Source of the DNA: the human T2T-CHM13v2.0 reference genome, Homo sapiens
Reading direction: 5' to 3' (one strand)
DNA: 64,000 nucleotides
Assembly: GCF_009914755.1 (NCBI RefSeq)
Contig: NC_060931.1
The notes under the pieces were generated by a model. It worked only from the letters and a program-made list of their open reading frames with translations. It was not told the DNA's origin and did no database searches. Both the position numbers and the translations under genes were made by a program. Every line of letters begins with the position of its first letter. The stretch's first letter is position 1. Positions 1 through 12,180 of the stretch are shown piece after piece.

Positions 1-601
1 TGATATGCCCTGTAGACATTTTCACCTTTGTCTTAGTGATTACCATTTGGCTCTTCATTACTTATGCAAATTTCTGCAGCCAGCTTGAATTTCTCCTTGG
101 AAAATAGGTTTTTCTTTTCTATTGCATTGTCAGGCTGCAAATTTTATGAACCTTTATGCTCTGTTTCCCTTTTAAAACTGAATGCTTTCACCAGCACCTA
201 AGTCATCTTTGAATGCTTTGTTGCTTAAAAATTTCTTCTGCCAGATACCCTAAGCCATCTCCCTCAAGTTCAAAGTTCCAGAACTGTCTAGGGCAGGGGC
301 AAAATGCCACCAATCTCTTTGCTACAACATAGCAAAGGTCACCTTTACTCTAGTTCCCAACAATTTCCTCATCTCCATCTGAGACCACCTCAGCCTGGAT
401 TTCATGGTCCATATCATTATCAACATTTTGGTCAAAGCCATTCAACAAGTCTCTAGGGAGTTCCAAACTTTCCCACATTTTCCTGTCTTCTTCTGAGCAA
501 TCCAAGCTGTTCCAACCTCTGCCTGTTACCCAGTTCCAAAGTCACTTCCACATTTTTGGGTATCTTTACAGCAGCACCCCACTCTACTGGTACCAATTTA
601 A
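1..601 (-). mobile_element. THE1 (ERVL-MaLR) internal region, 5' part, continues beyond window start
   Basis: Typical THE1-int sequence. It ends 'cagcaccccactctactggtaccaattta', the reverse complement of the int 5' end, abutting the LTR at 602. Confidence 0.85.
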
Positions 602-965
602 TGTATTAGTCCATTTTCACGCTGCTGATAAAGACAAACCTGAGACTGGGTAATTCATAAGGAATTTAAAGAGGTTTAACGTACTCACAGTTTTATGTGG
701 CTGGGGAGGCCTCATGATCATCGCAGAAGGTGAAAGGTACATCTTACATGGCAGCAGGCAAGGGAGAATGAGAGGCAAGCAAAAAGGGAAACTCCTTGTA
801 TAACCATTAGATCTCATGAGAGTTATTCACTACCACGAGAGCAGTATGGGGGAACCACCCCCATGGTTCAGTTATCTCCCACAAGATCCTTCCCACAACA
901 CGTGAGAATTATGGGAACTATAATTCAAGATGATATTTGGGTGGGGACATAGCCAAACCATATCA
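602..965 (-). mobile_element. THE1B/C-type LTR (5' LTR of the element)
   Basis: 'tgtattagtccattttcacgctgctgataaagac...gtggggacatagccaaaccatatca' is the reverse complement of a ~360 bp THE1 LTR with TG...CA ends. Confidence 0.9.
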
Positions 966-1029
966 ACAAATAAGAGATGATTCTGGAAGTTAAGGACTGG
1001 AGTCCAGAATGGTTTGCCAGCACCACCTT

Positions 1030-1192
1030 AGACAACACAGCGTACCTGCAAGCCTTGGGTTTCTCATCTCCCAAATGAGGATGCTAAAAAGTAAGCCAAA
1101 AAAAAATCCCTACCTTCAAAGATTCTGGGAGTCTCACATGAAATGACAAATATGAAAATGCTTTTGCAATTCAAAAATGTTATACAAACATT
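1030..1192 (+). mobile_element. MIR-family SINE fragment
   Basis: Degenerate MIR core 'gtttctcatctcccaaatgagg...aaatgacaaatatgaaaatgctttt'. Confidence 0.5.
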
Positions 1193-2558
1193 GCCACTTT
1201 TTTCAATATCCTGAACATCCTGAATTGTTAAATAGATCCTTCTAGACACCAACTCTTAGGAATTCTATTTGAATCAGGACAGCCTTGCATGGGCCACCAG
1301 ACTGCTTGTAAATGCAGAAGATATAATTGAAACTTCATAAAGACAACAGGAAATTTATTTGAAAGTGTTGAATTCACATTGCAGAATGATTTATGCACAG
1401 TTACGATTTATGCAGTTAGCTTCTCATGGCTGTATTTTTCCAAAGCTCTGATTAAAACACGATGCAATTCTGAGGTTAACCCCAATCCCTCCTCACTGTG
1501 GGTGGGTGAAATCCTTAGCTAAGTTCAATAGTAGAGACAAAACACTTTTCTTTTAAGATTTGGTTATGCTCTGTCTATATTTTTTTCTAAGTATTGCATC
1601 TGTTTTACCAGAAATTAGTACTTCCTTTTACAATGACTTTTGTGTGAATTACAGTGAATTCTTGAATTCAGTCTACAATTGCTCAATGTTCGGACATCAC
1701 TGTTTTCACTGAAAATACTTCTCTAGCTCTAGCTATCACTGTTCCTAAGTTGTTATTGCACAGAGTTAAATAACACTGAGGAAGACATCTTCTTCTTATA
1801 TGTGCACCCTGCAAATATCCCACAGACAGTGCTGAAGGTATTCCAAAAATTGGTTTCTTCATCAGAACAAATGCGGCAGCAGGAGAAGATGCATAGATAG
1901 CCTGGTTTTTACCAGAGCAGAATAATCCCCTAATTCAATGCCATCTGAAAGCAATATTTCTGTTTATTAATAGACATATAATTTATGCTTTCTGTTTTTT
2001 ATTAAATATTTTTTCCTGGCTCAATAAAACTACTTTTTAAAAATAAATAATCAGAGAACAGAGAATTATTGAAAATTGAAAATATGATGGCTAAATAAAA
2101 AACTGAGCAGAATAATGAAACATACCAGAAGATAGAAGGAAAAGAAAGAGAGGAAGGAAGGAAGGAAGAAAATCAGAAAGGAGATAACACATCCAATCAA
2201 CTGAAGGGGGGAAATAAAGAGAGAATATGATAAGTAAAATTTCCTTCGAGAGAAAGTGAGGTTGAAAATATTTTCTTTTATTTTTAATTAATTAATTATT
2301 TCTGTATCAAATAGTACAATTATTTGTATTTTCATGGTACTTTAATGATTTTTTTGAGACAAAGAAGGTTTTGGTAAACTTTTAAATATGTGTCATCATT
2401 CAAATTCAATGAAATAGAGGCCCAGGTTTCCAAACCAGTTAAAAATTTGAGCAAAAATATAAAATATGAATTTGGGAAAAAAATCCCCCTAAGAATAAAG
2501 ATAGGGCTAGCTAAACACAGCATGTTGCCCTGTGGAAGTCTCTTTCACTGTTAGATGC

Positions 2559-3108
2559 TGTTGGGTAAATGCACCTGACAGCAATAACTTAAGCATACCC
2601 TTAGAATGACCCTGTGTGGTAGACACACCTGAGTGTTGTTCCAAGCTCGGGAATCCAGGAGTGGCCAATCTGGTGATTCATTCCTTGTCTATGAGGAACC
2701 TCTGAGCCCCTGGCATGTCCTGTGGAACACGGGCTGTATAGAAGATTGAGGATCTGAGTTTTGGTTGGGGGGGGAGGTCAGTAAATGAAGGTTGTCAGGT
2801 GGAGGTCATTACAGGGAGGGTGTTAAGTGAAAATACTCCATAAACTGCATGCTGTTTTCAAGTGGTTGTGGTTGTCCTGCCCAGCCCACCACCACTGTGC
2901 TGTGCGTTTACGTTGTCCAGCCTGCTGTCACTGGATTGCTTCTGTCCATAAGGCGGTTCTCCTGCCCAGCCTGCCGCCACTGGACTCTCCCCCCTGTATG
3001 AAAGCCCCTAATAAAACCCCGTGTCTCATTTGCTGATTCTGAGTCTTTTCTTTGGCCTCTTGAACCTGGCGCCTTCCCTGCTGAGGTTGATAAGGGTTTG
3101 GCACAGCA
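2559..3108 (+). mobile_element. Solo LTR, LTR47-like (ERVL)
   Basis: Starts 'tgttgggtaaatgcacctgacagcaataacttaagcatacccttagaatgaccctg', has AATAAA near 3010 and ends 'gggtttggcacagca'. Flanked by atgc/atgc (TSD). Confidence 0.75.
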
Positions 3109-3249
3109 ATGCTCCAGGGACTGATTCATGAGGAAGGAAAGTGAGCTGTACCAGAGAGAACAAAATCCCAGGTGACCCCTCTCTGCCGTCTAGCGTCAAA
3201 GATTCCAGGTGATGTTTCCTGGTCCCACCTGCCTGTCTCACTTGCTCTA

Positions 3250-3335
3250 CTCAAGCCTCATTTTCCACATATGCAAAATGGGAACAATAGTTTTGACCTG
3301 ATTCTCTCAGGTGTGGGCATGATTCATGCAGAAAG
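3250..3335 (+). mobile_element. MIR fragment
   Basis: Core motif 'aagcctcattttccacatatgcaaaatgggaacaatag'. Confidence 0.5.
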
Positions 3336-3914
3336 TTGATTCATTTGCTGCGTGTTACAAACCGAGTAGGGATTTTCCAGCAAGGAAACAGTGACAGGGC
3401 ATTTCTTCTTATGAGAACCAGGTATGTGAAGGCAGAGCTATATACCAGTGTTTCACAGATGATCCTACTTTAGCTTTTCAGCAACCTCGTAGCAGAGGTA
3501 GAATGTAGCATATCAGTAATGAACAGGCACTCCAGAGGTAGACTTGCCTGGATTGGACACATGGAGAATGGTGATGCCTACCCTAGGCTGAACTGAAAAT
3601 CTGTTCTTAGAGATGGGGGATAGGCACCTAAGAAAGAAAGTGAGCAGACACTGAGGGAACTAGACCTTTACCCAGGCTCAAAGGAAAAAGAAACATTATT
3701 TCAGAAGAGACAAGCATTGTTGGCCAGGAAGAAACAAAATGAAACACTCCAGGCCACTCCACATATTCCTTAAGTGAAACCTGCTTGTCTGCTCACTCCA
3801 TAAATTATTGGGCTGTCTGCTGTGAGCCCTGGCGTTTACATGTTCATGTACTACATGAACATACTTACCAACCTAACCCGTGGAAATATTACCAGCGGTG
3901 ATGCAAATGGACCA

Positions 3915-4740
3915 TCTGCCCTCACCAGACACATGAGAAAACCAACCACAAGAAAGGGGGCTGGGGGAACTCCTGGGACACTGAACTCAGAAAAAAACTA
4001 ATATACTTTGGGGAGCAGGAGAAAACGCATTAAGCAGATTTAAGAAGATGTTGCAAGTATGAAACAAGAATGGCAGCTTTGAATGGCAGAACAAAGAGAA
4101 AAAAAGGTCTTAGACATTGTAAGAAATACAGTAAAAAAACAAGTGTGCATGCTCGATAGTCAGATGTTTACTTTGAACACTAAGTTGATTATTAACAAAA
4201 CTCAGAACTCAAAGAAAAAGTTGGAAAACATGAGACAAAATAATAAAAAAGCATTGACCATATGTCTAAGAGTTAAACATACATCTAAAAGATCAGGTCA
4301 GGGATAATGAAGAAGAGGTAAAATATTGAAAAAAGTAAAAAACATATCTGGAAGCTAAAAAATAACATAAATGCTTTGAACAAGAGTCCTTTAATACTGT
4401 GTTGGGTGGTTGGATGAATTAGGAAAAGACCTTATTGGGCCCACCTAGAGCCAGTTGATGATTCCAAGTTAGCAAGAAGTTCTGAAAATCTTTCAGTATT
4501 AAAAGAATCATAATGAATACCAAGAAGTGGATGTTAGTGTAACATGAGAACTCCCTGAGAAAAATCCCATACAAATATCAGTGTGGCTTCACTTGTGGAT
4601 TTTTGAGGGAGAATTGCCTGAAGAATTGAATTTTAGTGAGCATCTACATGATTCTCTTTCTGATCTCTTTCTGGAAATACTTACAATGTAGAAGCATAAG
4701 TTAGAAAATCAAAATGTTAAAGACAATAGAAAAAAGTTAT
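3915..4740 (+). mobile_element. Very old L1/HAL1-like ORF1 relic
   Basis: A-rich, purine-biased strand with L1M ORF1-like phrasing; heavily decayed, boundaries uncertain. Confidence 0.35.
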
Positions 4741-4743
4741 ATT

Positions 4744-5039
<296 letters not shown>

Positions 5040-5272
5040 TTATATTTGCATGAGTGAGCACACAGACAAACACTTGCTAATTTATTCATTTCCATTGAAA
5101 CACTTTCTGAAGCTCTTAGGTACCCAAACAGATCGCCAGGACCTAAAGATGATGTAGAAATGGGGAAAATCCAATGCTTGCCCTTGCAAAAAAATCATTA
5201 TTCAGTAAAAACAGGTTAAATACACAAATATCTATAATAATAAGCAGAATGAGTTGTCAGACAAGGGAAAAA

Positions 5273-5750
5273 TGTATTTGTCAGTGTTCTTCAGAAAAAG
5301 AGAACCTGTAGGATATATGCGGAGATTTATTATGAGGAAGTGGCTCTTGAAACTACAGAGGCTGGGAAATTCCATGATCTGCACTCTGAGAGGTGTAGAT
5401 CCCAGAAAGCTGGTGATGCAAATTAATCCAAGCCCAAAAGCCTGATTACCAGAGAAGCCAATGGTATAAATCCCAGTCTGAGGGCCAGGGAAGATGAGAT
5501 GAGATGGGATGTTTCCGCTCATGCTGGCAGAAGAAAGAAGAGGCATATTCCTCTTTTCTTTGTCTTTTGTTCTACTCCAACCCTTCATGGATTGGGTAAT
5601 GGCCAACCACATTGGGGTGAGCAATCTGTTTCGCTGAGTCCACAGATTCAAATTCTCATTCAACTCAGAAAAACCATAAAAAACACACACAGAAATAGCA
5701 CTGTGCACCTCATGATCCAGTCAAGATGACATGTAGAATCAACCATCACA
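5273..5750 (-). mobile_element. MLT2-family 3' LTR (probably MLT2C/D type)
   Basis: 'tgtatttgtcagtgttcttcagaaaaagagaacc...cagtcaagatgacatgtagaatcaaccatcaca' is the reverse complement of MLT2. It is followed by the decayed PPT region 'ttgtcaacttgg'. Confidence 0.85.
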
Positions 5751-6115
5751 AGTTCAAACTTTGTCAACTTGGCACACAAATGCCTCACCTCAAATCATAA
5801 TTAATCCTCAAATAAAAACAATAACAAGGTCACAATGCCACTGAACGTGATACACCTATCCTATGTACTACCAGTAATGCACTAACTCCTTCCCCAGAAG
5901 CAGAGGTAAAGCCCTGAGTGATGTTTATTCTTCTCCTTGGTATTCTATAACTTAAATTTTATAATGTAAATTAACAATATTTAAATACTACAATACGAAA
6001 TAAATACATCTTATGTTACAAGGCAACAAGATAAGACAGAATAAAAGATACACATACATATGCATAAAAACATACTCAGAACAAAGTAAGGAGAAAGTGC
6101 TTGTGACAATTGCAG

Positions 6116-6666
6116 TCATGAGTCATTTTTCTGTAACTGGTCATGTGTTTGTAGCTGGTATTTATAACTACCTTCTTCCACTATCCATTCTGTATTCCCT
6201 TTGACTTTAGCAAGCACCTCAGCCAATTGTGGTTCTTTACCTGGTAGGATGACCCAAACCTTCATTCCTGAAGGGTCTGGGCCATTAGATGGCCTGAATA
6301 TATTAGCTTTTTGTGGTTTTCCATTGACTTTAATCACAGGACATGGTAATATTAAGAGATGCTCTAAGTATTCCAGACATACTCTACCTCCACTAGGGAG
6401 TAGTAGTTCAGTGTCCCCTTGGTAATCTGGATCAGTCATGCCAGCCAACACAGTAAATTCTTGGCCTGTTGACTCAGAAGGGAGATCCCAAAGGTGGTGG
6501 ATGGCACTCTTAACTTCCTGTTTAATGAAATCATGATTTTGTCTTCTGGTGGGAACATTTCTTTTTCCAGGATGAAGACTTCTAGGTCAGCAGAGCATAA
6601 AGTCATGGAAGCAGGAAGAAAACATTTTGCTAATGGGACACTAGGGGAAGTCATGAGTAGTGTCAC
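6116..6666 (-). pseudogene. ERV-L dUTPase remnant (frameshifted)
   Basis: ORFs 6436-6666 (LEVFILEKEMFPPEDKIMISLNRKLRVP) and 6116-6451 (LAGMTDPDYQGDTELLL, dUTPase motif III G-x-x-D-x-D-Y-x-G). It lies 3' of integrase, as expected for ERV-L. Confidence 0.8.
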
Positions 6667-7500
6667 TTCAATTTTGAACCTTGATTTCTGGACCTAAGAA
6701 TTTTGGCTATCAGACAAACAGCACCAAATATTGGATGCTGATTCAGAACATAGTCTTCTGGAGAACACTGCCTCAACCCTCAAGGTATTATCACCTAGCT
6801 GGTCCTGTAACCAAGACTTCAAATGGCCATTCAACCATTCTATCAAGATGGCTACTTCAGGATAGTGGGGGATGTGGTAAGACTAGTGAGTTCCTGAACA
6901 TGAGACCATTGCCACATTTCTTAAGCTATTAAGTGAGTTCCTTGATCAGAAGCAGTGCTGTATGGAAAAACATGATGGTGGAATAACATGAAGACAGGAT
7001 TTTGCCCCAAAGTGCTAAAGCCCTAAAGACAGTTGAGGCATTCTGTGAGTCCACCAAAGGTAGTCTTGACAGAAACATTCAAGAAAAGCAAATCTATATC
7101 CGGAGTAAGTATATATTCCAGGAAGGACAAAACATTACCCCTTCCATCATGGAAGCTATCTAATATTATCAACCTGCCACCACCTAGCTGTCTCATGACC
7201 CCAGGAATGATGCTATGGGGCTGGGGGCTGAGAATCTGTTCTGGTCTCTGCTGCTGGCAGATTGGACACTCAGCAGTGGCCATAGCCACTTCAGCATCAA
7301 TGAGTGGAGTCCCTGTTGCTGAGCCTATGCATAACCTTCATGCCTGCCACATGGCCAATATGTTCATGAGTCCATTGGTTAATAACAAGGTTGGCTTAGA
7401 AAAGAGGCTAACTGGTATCCAAAATATGTCATCCTATCCACTTTATTATTAAAATCCTCCTCTGCTAAGGTCACCATTTGATGAGCATTCTCATGAGACA
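6667..7500 (-). pseudogene. ERV-L integrase remnant
   Basis: ORF 7023-7289 contains ATAECPICQQQRP, the CC half of the HHCC zinc finger; interrupted by frameshifts and stops. Confidence 0.75.
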
Positions 7501-9100
7501 CAAATATCTTCCCACTTTTTCTCCATTCAGGGAAAAACTGTCCTCAAACTTCTCTGTGACATTTTCCAATCGTGCTCCTTCCAAGTCTCTGACCATTAGG
7601 CCAAAACATTAGACATCAACTGGTATATAATTGTATGTCTAGCCACTTCTCCTTCCAAACAAAATGGACAATTAGATGGATGCCCAAAGTTCTGCCCACT
7701 GGGAAAATTTCCCTTCACCAATGTCCTTCAGGAATGTCCCAGAGGGTGGCTGCAGTGCTGCAGCTGCCCTGCATATCATGCAGAATCATCTCTAAACCAG
7801 GACTGAGTCTTGTCTTCCTCTGTCAACTGATTGTTGAGAACTCCCCAGGAGCCCACAGGTGTAGCTGAGAGACAGAAGGTAATGAAGCAAGAATGGAGAC
7901 CATGAAAATTTGAACCACTTCTTCATGTAACTTATTTGTGCTTTCAGGGCCTGCTCATATAACCCAAGTATATGCCACCTTCATTTGATGATGGAGTGTT
8001 GCTGCATGCAGCCAACTTGATGGCTTCATGGGTCAGCTAATAGTCAGTTCATGATGGGCAGCTCAAGTTGCTTGGTAAATTTGTGGCTTACAATTAAACT
8101 GTCAGTTGCAGAAAAAAAAGCTATTTCTCAAAAGGAGAGCAGTTTTCTGCAGATGACGATAGGATCTTGCCCCAAAGTCCTAAAGGCCTGTGCTCTAATT
8201 CATCTATTGGAGCCTAGCAAAAGCTCCAAACAGCATCGCCACCCACTATTGACACTTCAAGAACCACTGGATCTGCTGAACCATATGGCCCAAGAGGCAG
8301 AGAAGCTTGCACAGCAGCCTGGACCTCTTGAAGAGCCCTTATTCTGGGCTCAAATCAAAACCAGCAGCTTTTCAGGTCATTCAGTAAATGGGCCAGTGAA
8401 ATACACCAAAATGATAAATATATTACCTCCTAAATCCAGAGAAGCCCACTAGGCACTGTGCCACCTTCTTAGTTGGAGGAAAGGCAAGATGCAACAATTT
8501 ATCCTTCACTTCAGAAGAGATATCTTGATATCCCCACACCACTGGGCCCTTAAATATTTAATTGAGTTAGAAGGCCCCTGAATTTTTGTTGGGTTTATTT
8601 CCCACCTTCTGACACACAAATATCTTATCAAGAGGTCTAGAGCAGCTTCTACTTTTTGCTCACCAGATCCAATGAGTGTCATCAATGCAATGGACCAGCA
8701 TGATATCTTGTAGACAGGAAAGGCAATCAAGATCCCTGAAAACTAAATTATGGCATAGAGCTAGAGTGTTAATATGAGGCTGAAGTAGGACTGTTAAGGT
8801 GTATAGCTGGCCTTACCAGTTGAAAACAAAGCTGCTTCTGATCAGCCTCTGGACAAGTATAAAGAAAAAAAGAATTTGTCAGATTAATAGCTGGGTACCA
8901 TGTATCAAGAGATTTGTTAATTTGCTCAAGCAATGAAGCCACATCTAGTCCAGCAGCTGCAATTAGAGGTACCACTTGATTAATCTTACAATGGTCCACT
9001 GTCATTCTTTAAGATCCATCTGTCTTTTGCACAGGCCAAATAGAGACAAATGAGGATGTGGTGAGAATTGCCACCCCTGAATCTTTCATGTTTTTTCATG
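7500..9100 (-). pseudogene. ERV-L reverse transcriptase/RNase H remnant
   Basis: MTVDHCKINQVVPLIAAA...SLLEQIN (8769-9005) and WEINPTKIQGPS (8506-8730). The minus strand at 8678-8689 reads C-I-D-D, a decayed YIDD motif. Confidence 0.8.
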
Positions 9101-9500
9101 GTGGCAATAATCTTTCCAGTCCCTCCAAGAATGTAGTATTGCTTTTGATTTGCTATTTTTTTAGGTTGATGTGATTCTAGCAGCTTCCACTTGGCCTTTC
9201 CCACCATAATAGCCCTCACTCCAGAAGTCGAGGAACCAGTGTAGGGTTTCTGCCAGCTTCTGAATACATCTATTTCTATTTTGCATCTGGAACAGGGGAA
9301 ATAACCACAAAATGGGTTCAGAGACCCTGGAACTACTGTGAGATGGACCTGAACTAAAACTCCATTGATCTCCTGACCTTCATAAGCCCCTACTGTAACT
9401 GGAGGGCCACAGTGATACTTTGGGTCTCCTGGAATCAATGTCAGTTTAGAGCCAGTGCCCACTTGTTTCAAAAAGGTCTAATTATTTCCTTTTCCTGAAT
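9100..9500 (-). pseudogene. ERV-L protease remnant
   Basis: ORF 8986-9471 contains VGTGSKLTLIPGDPKYHCGPPVTVGAY; the catalytic DTGS has mutated to GTGS. Confidence 0.75.
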
Positions 9501-11320
9501 GCACAGTCACCCTGATGAAAGGCCATAGGTTTCTTTGTGGAAAGCTAGGAGAAATGTCAACAGTATACATTTTCAACAGTGCGCTGGGGTCTTTCCTCAA
9601 GGTGATCACCTCCCCTTCATCCAAGGGGTTCTGGGTTTGTAAACTGACTTAAGTCTGATAATTGACTGAGGGACCATGACTCTGTTTAATTAAAGTTAGA
9701 CTTTTGTTCACTTGATCTAGAACTTTTTACTTTATACAGCTGAAGCAAGAATTTAGTAGGGTTTCCAGCTATTTCTCTTCTAGGCACTCCATGATTAACT
9801 AGCCAACACCACAGGTCCACATGAGTCAGACTGTTCTGATTGCTGCTTTGACTCTCTGTTGATTACAGTAACTATGCCCACATTTTCTTCAGTACTTCAC
9901 CTCTTGGCCCCTGCTCCCCAGGTTCCAATTATTCTCACTGCATTTAAGTTTTCAAGTTGTATGGCTATGGCTTCCACTGTAAGTTCTGGCCTACAGAGAA
10001 GAACAACTACAAAGCTCTTTAGGGTGCTAGGACTCCCCTTATGAACTTATTTCTCACAGTCACGGTGAAAGATGTGTCTTCTGGACTCTCCCAGAGCTTA
10101 TGAGTAGGTCTTAAATGACAAATCCACTTTAGCATTCCAGTCTCCCTAAGCCTTTCAATCCCTTCCTCTATGTTAAACCAAGGGGTGTCTGCAATTTCCA
10201 ATTCACTTACTGCAGGCCATCTTTTGATCCATGTTTCAGCCAACCAACCAAACAAACTATTTGAGCCCTTTCTAACTCCCCAAGTTGTCATATTAAGTGC
10301 AGACTCACTGCTTAGTGAGCTCATATCAATAAATTCAGCATAACCCAACTTTATGTTCCTTCCATTGTTATCCCATATATCTATTCCCAGACATGTTTCC
10401 AGAATTTCCACTTGAAACCATAAGAAAACCTGAGTAGTTCTTTTAGAGTGTAACACACCTCCTTCTGGGCCACACTTTGTACCTTACCTGCAGGAGTCTA
10501 CTTGTATGCCTAGATGCAAAGAGGAAGGGTGAGAGCAGGTCCTGAGGAAAATCAGCATTGTCTTTCATGGCAACTGCCTCAAGGGAGGTCATTACACTTT
10601 CCTCAGGCAATGCAGGGTTAATCCCTTCAGATGGGGATTGAAAGGCAGATGCCACTGCAGGTGAGGAGGCTGCTACCACTGGAGGTAGAGGTGTCTCTGC
10701 CACTGGGGTTGGGGAGACCACTTCCACTGGTAAAGAAAATTCATCTGAACTTACAGGCTCGATGTCCCCAGCTTCATCAGGGTCTTCCCACAAATCCCCA
10801 TTTACGTTTTTTAGAATCCCATTCCTTCCCAATCAATACCCTCACTTTTAATAGTAGACACCCTACAAGGCTGGGAGTTCAATTTGCATTATAATTCAGC
10901 CAGTGGCAGAATGGAGCTCCACGTTTGATTTTCAGCAATTGCAGGAGCCCTGTCGTTGCAGGAGATAAAGGTCTCCTTTAAGGCACATATGAAAGTTCTT
11001 ACATTATTTACATGACAGTTGAGATGGAATTTCAATCCCTAAACTCAACTTTTTTCTTTCACCACTTTGTTCAGCAACATTAGGTGCAACCAACAATGCC
11101 TTCATATTTGTTAGTTTTCCGGAAATGTTCAAAAATATCATATACACAGCCACTTCACTTCTTGCTTATTGTAAGTGGTTAATTGGGAGTATACAATGCA
11201 GATATTTTGTATATCTCTATAAACAATTCACACCATGGGCTATCAGTGCTCTCTTTACTACTGGAAATAGAGCCATTAACATCATTAAATCTAATCAGAT
11301 TAGAAGGCCAGTTCCAGAAA
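9500..11320 (-). pseudogene. ERV-L gag remnant
   Basis: NGDLWEDPDEAGDIEP (10443-10832) and GRNIKLGYAEFIDM...WLAETWIKRWP...LRETGMLKWI (10019-10456) match ERV-L Gag signatures. Confidence 0.8.
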
Positions 11321-11403
11321 CCTCAGCCTCAATTTAGAAAACTCACCTTTAAATTTTTGTTCTTCTAATTCTGTTCCTCTAGGACAACTCATTCCCTGTA
11401 TCA

Positions 11404-11862
11404 TATGTGTATACATACATGGAGCGAGAGAGAGGTAATATGGGAATTGGGCCATGTGATTATGGGGGCCGAGATGTCCCACCATCTGCCATCTGCAAGC
11501 TGGAAATTCAGGAAAGCCAGAAGTGTTGTTCAGTTTGATTCTGAAGGTCTGAGAACCAGGGGAACCAGCAGTGTAAGCCCCAGTCCAATGGTCGTAGAAA
11601 ATGAAATGAGATGAGATGTCCCAGCTCAGCAGTGAGGCAGAAAATAAAAAATGTATATACTTCCTCCTGCCTTTTGTTCTATGCAGGCCCTCAGTGGATT
11701 GAATGATGCCCAACTACATGAAGGAATAAAATCTACTCTATTGAGTCTACTTATTTAAATACTAATCTTGTCTAGAAACAACCTTACAGATACATCTAGA
11801 AATAATATTTAATCTGGGCACCCTGTGGCCAGTCGAGCTGATACATAAAATTACCCATCACA
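11404..11862 (-). mobile_element. MLT2-family 5' LTR (U5 end eroded)
   Basis: Homologous to 5273-5750 and ends 'gccagtcgagctgatacataaaattacccatcaca'. Adjacent 'ctgttcctctaggacaactc' matches the ERV-L leader next to the PBS. Confidence 0.85.
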
Positions 11863-12009
11863 AAAAGTAAGATGTTTCTGCATACCAAGGAAAGATTTTT
11901 TTCTGAAAAGCAACAATGCTGTGTCTTTTCAGAATGATTGGAGTAAAACATTAAATTGTGTTCTGTGAAATGGACTGCATCAGCACTTGGGGGGCTGATT
12001 TCTGAGTCA

Positions 12010-12180
12010 TTAACAGAAATGACGGAATTTGGGGTTTGAAGTTGGAAACCTTGAGTCATTTTCTTCCTCTGCAGACCATCAAACTTGTGATTTTAGTCCA
12101 GCTATTCTTACTGAACCACAGCTCTGTAACCCATAAAATGGGAATAACAAACTAGTTCATAGGATTTTGAGGCTTTCTAA
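12010..12180 (+). mobile_element. MIR fragment
   Basis: 'cataaaatgggaataacaaactagttcataggattttgagg'. Confidence 0.45.

Larger units (their letters stand above)
5273..11862 (-). mobile_element. Near full-length ancient ERV-L provirus (MLT2 LTR-gag-pro-pol-dUTPase-MLT2 LTR)
   Basis: Two MLT2-type LTRs flank ~5.6 kb of internal sequence whose minus-strand ORF fragments follow the ERV-L order. Flanks aaaaa/aaaag are compatible with a 5-bp TSD. Confidence 0.9.

Noticed and set aside
5232-5708. 158-aa ORF
   Set aside because: Lies within the MLT2 LTR; no protein motif; chance frame.
7033-8452. Plus-strand ORFs of 139 and 133 aa
   Set aside because: Antisense shadows of the ERV-L pol region.
10019-10832. 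Possible domesticated gag gene (Fv1-like)
   Set aside because: Gag is split across frames, the longest piece is 145 aa, and no long preserved ORF suggests selection.
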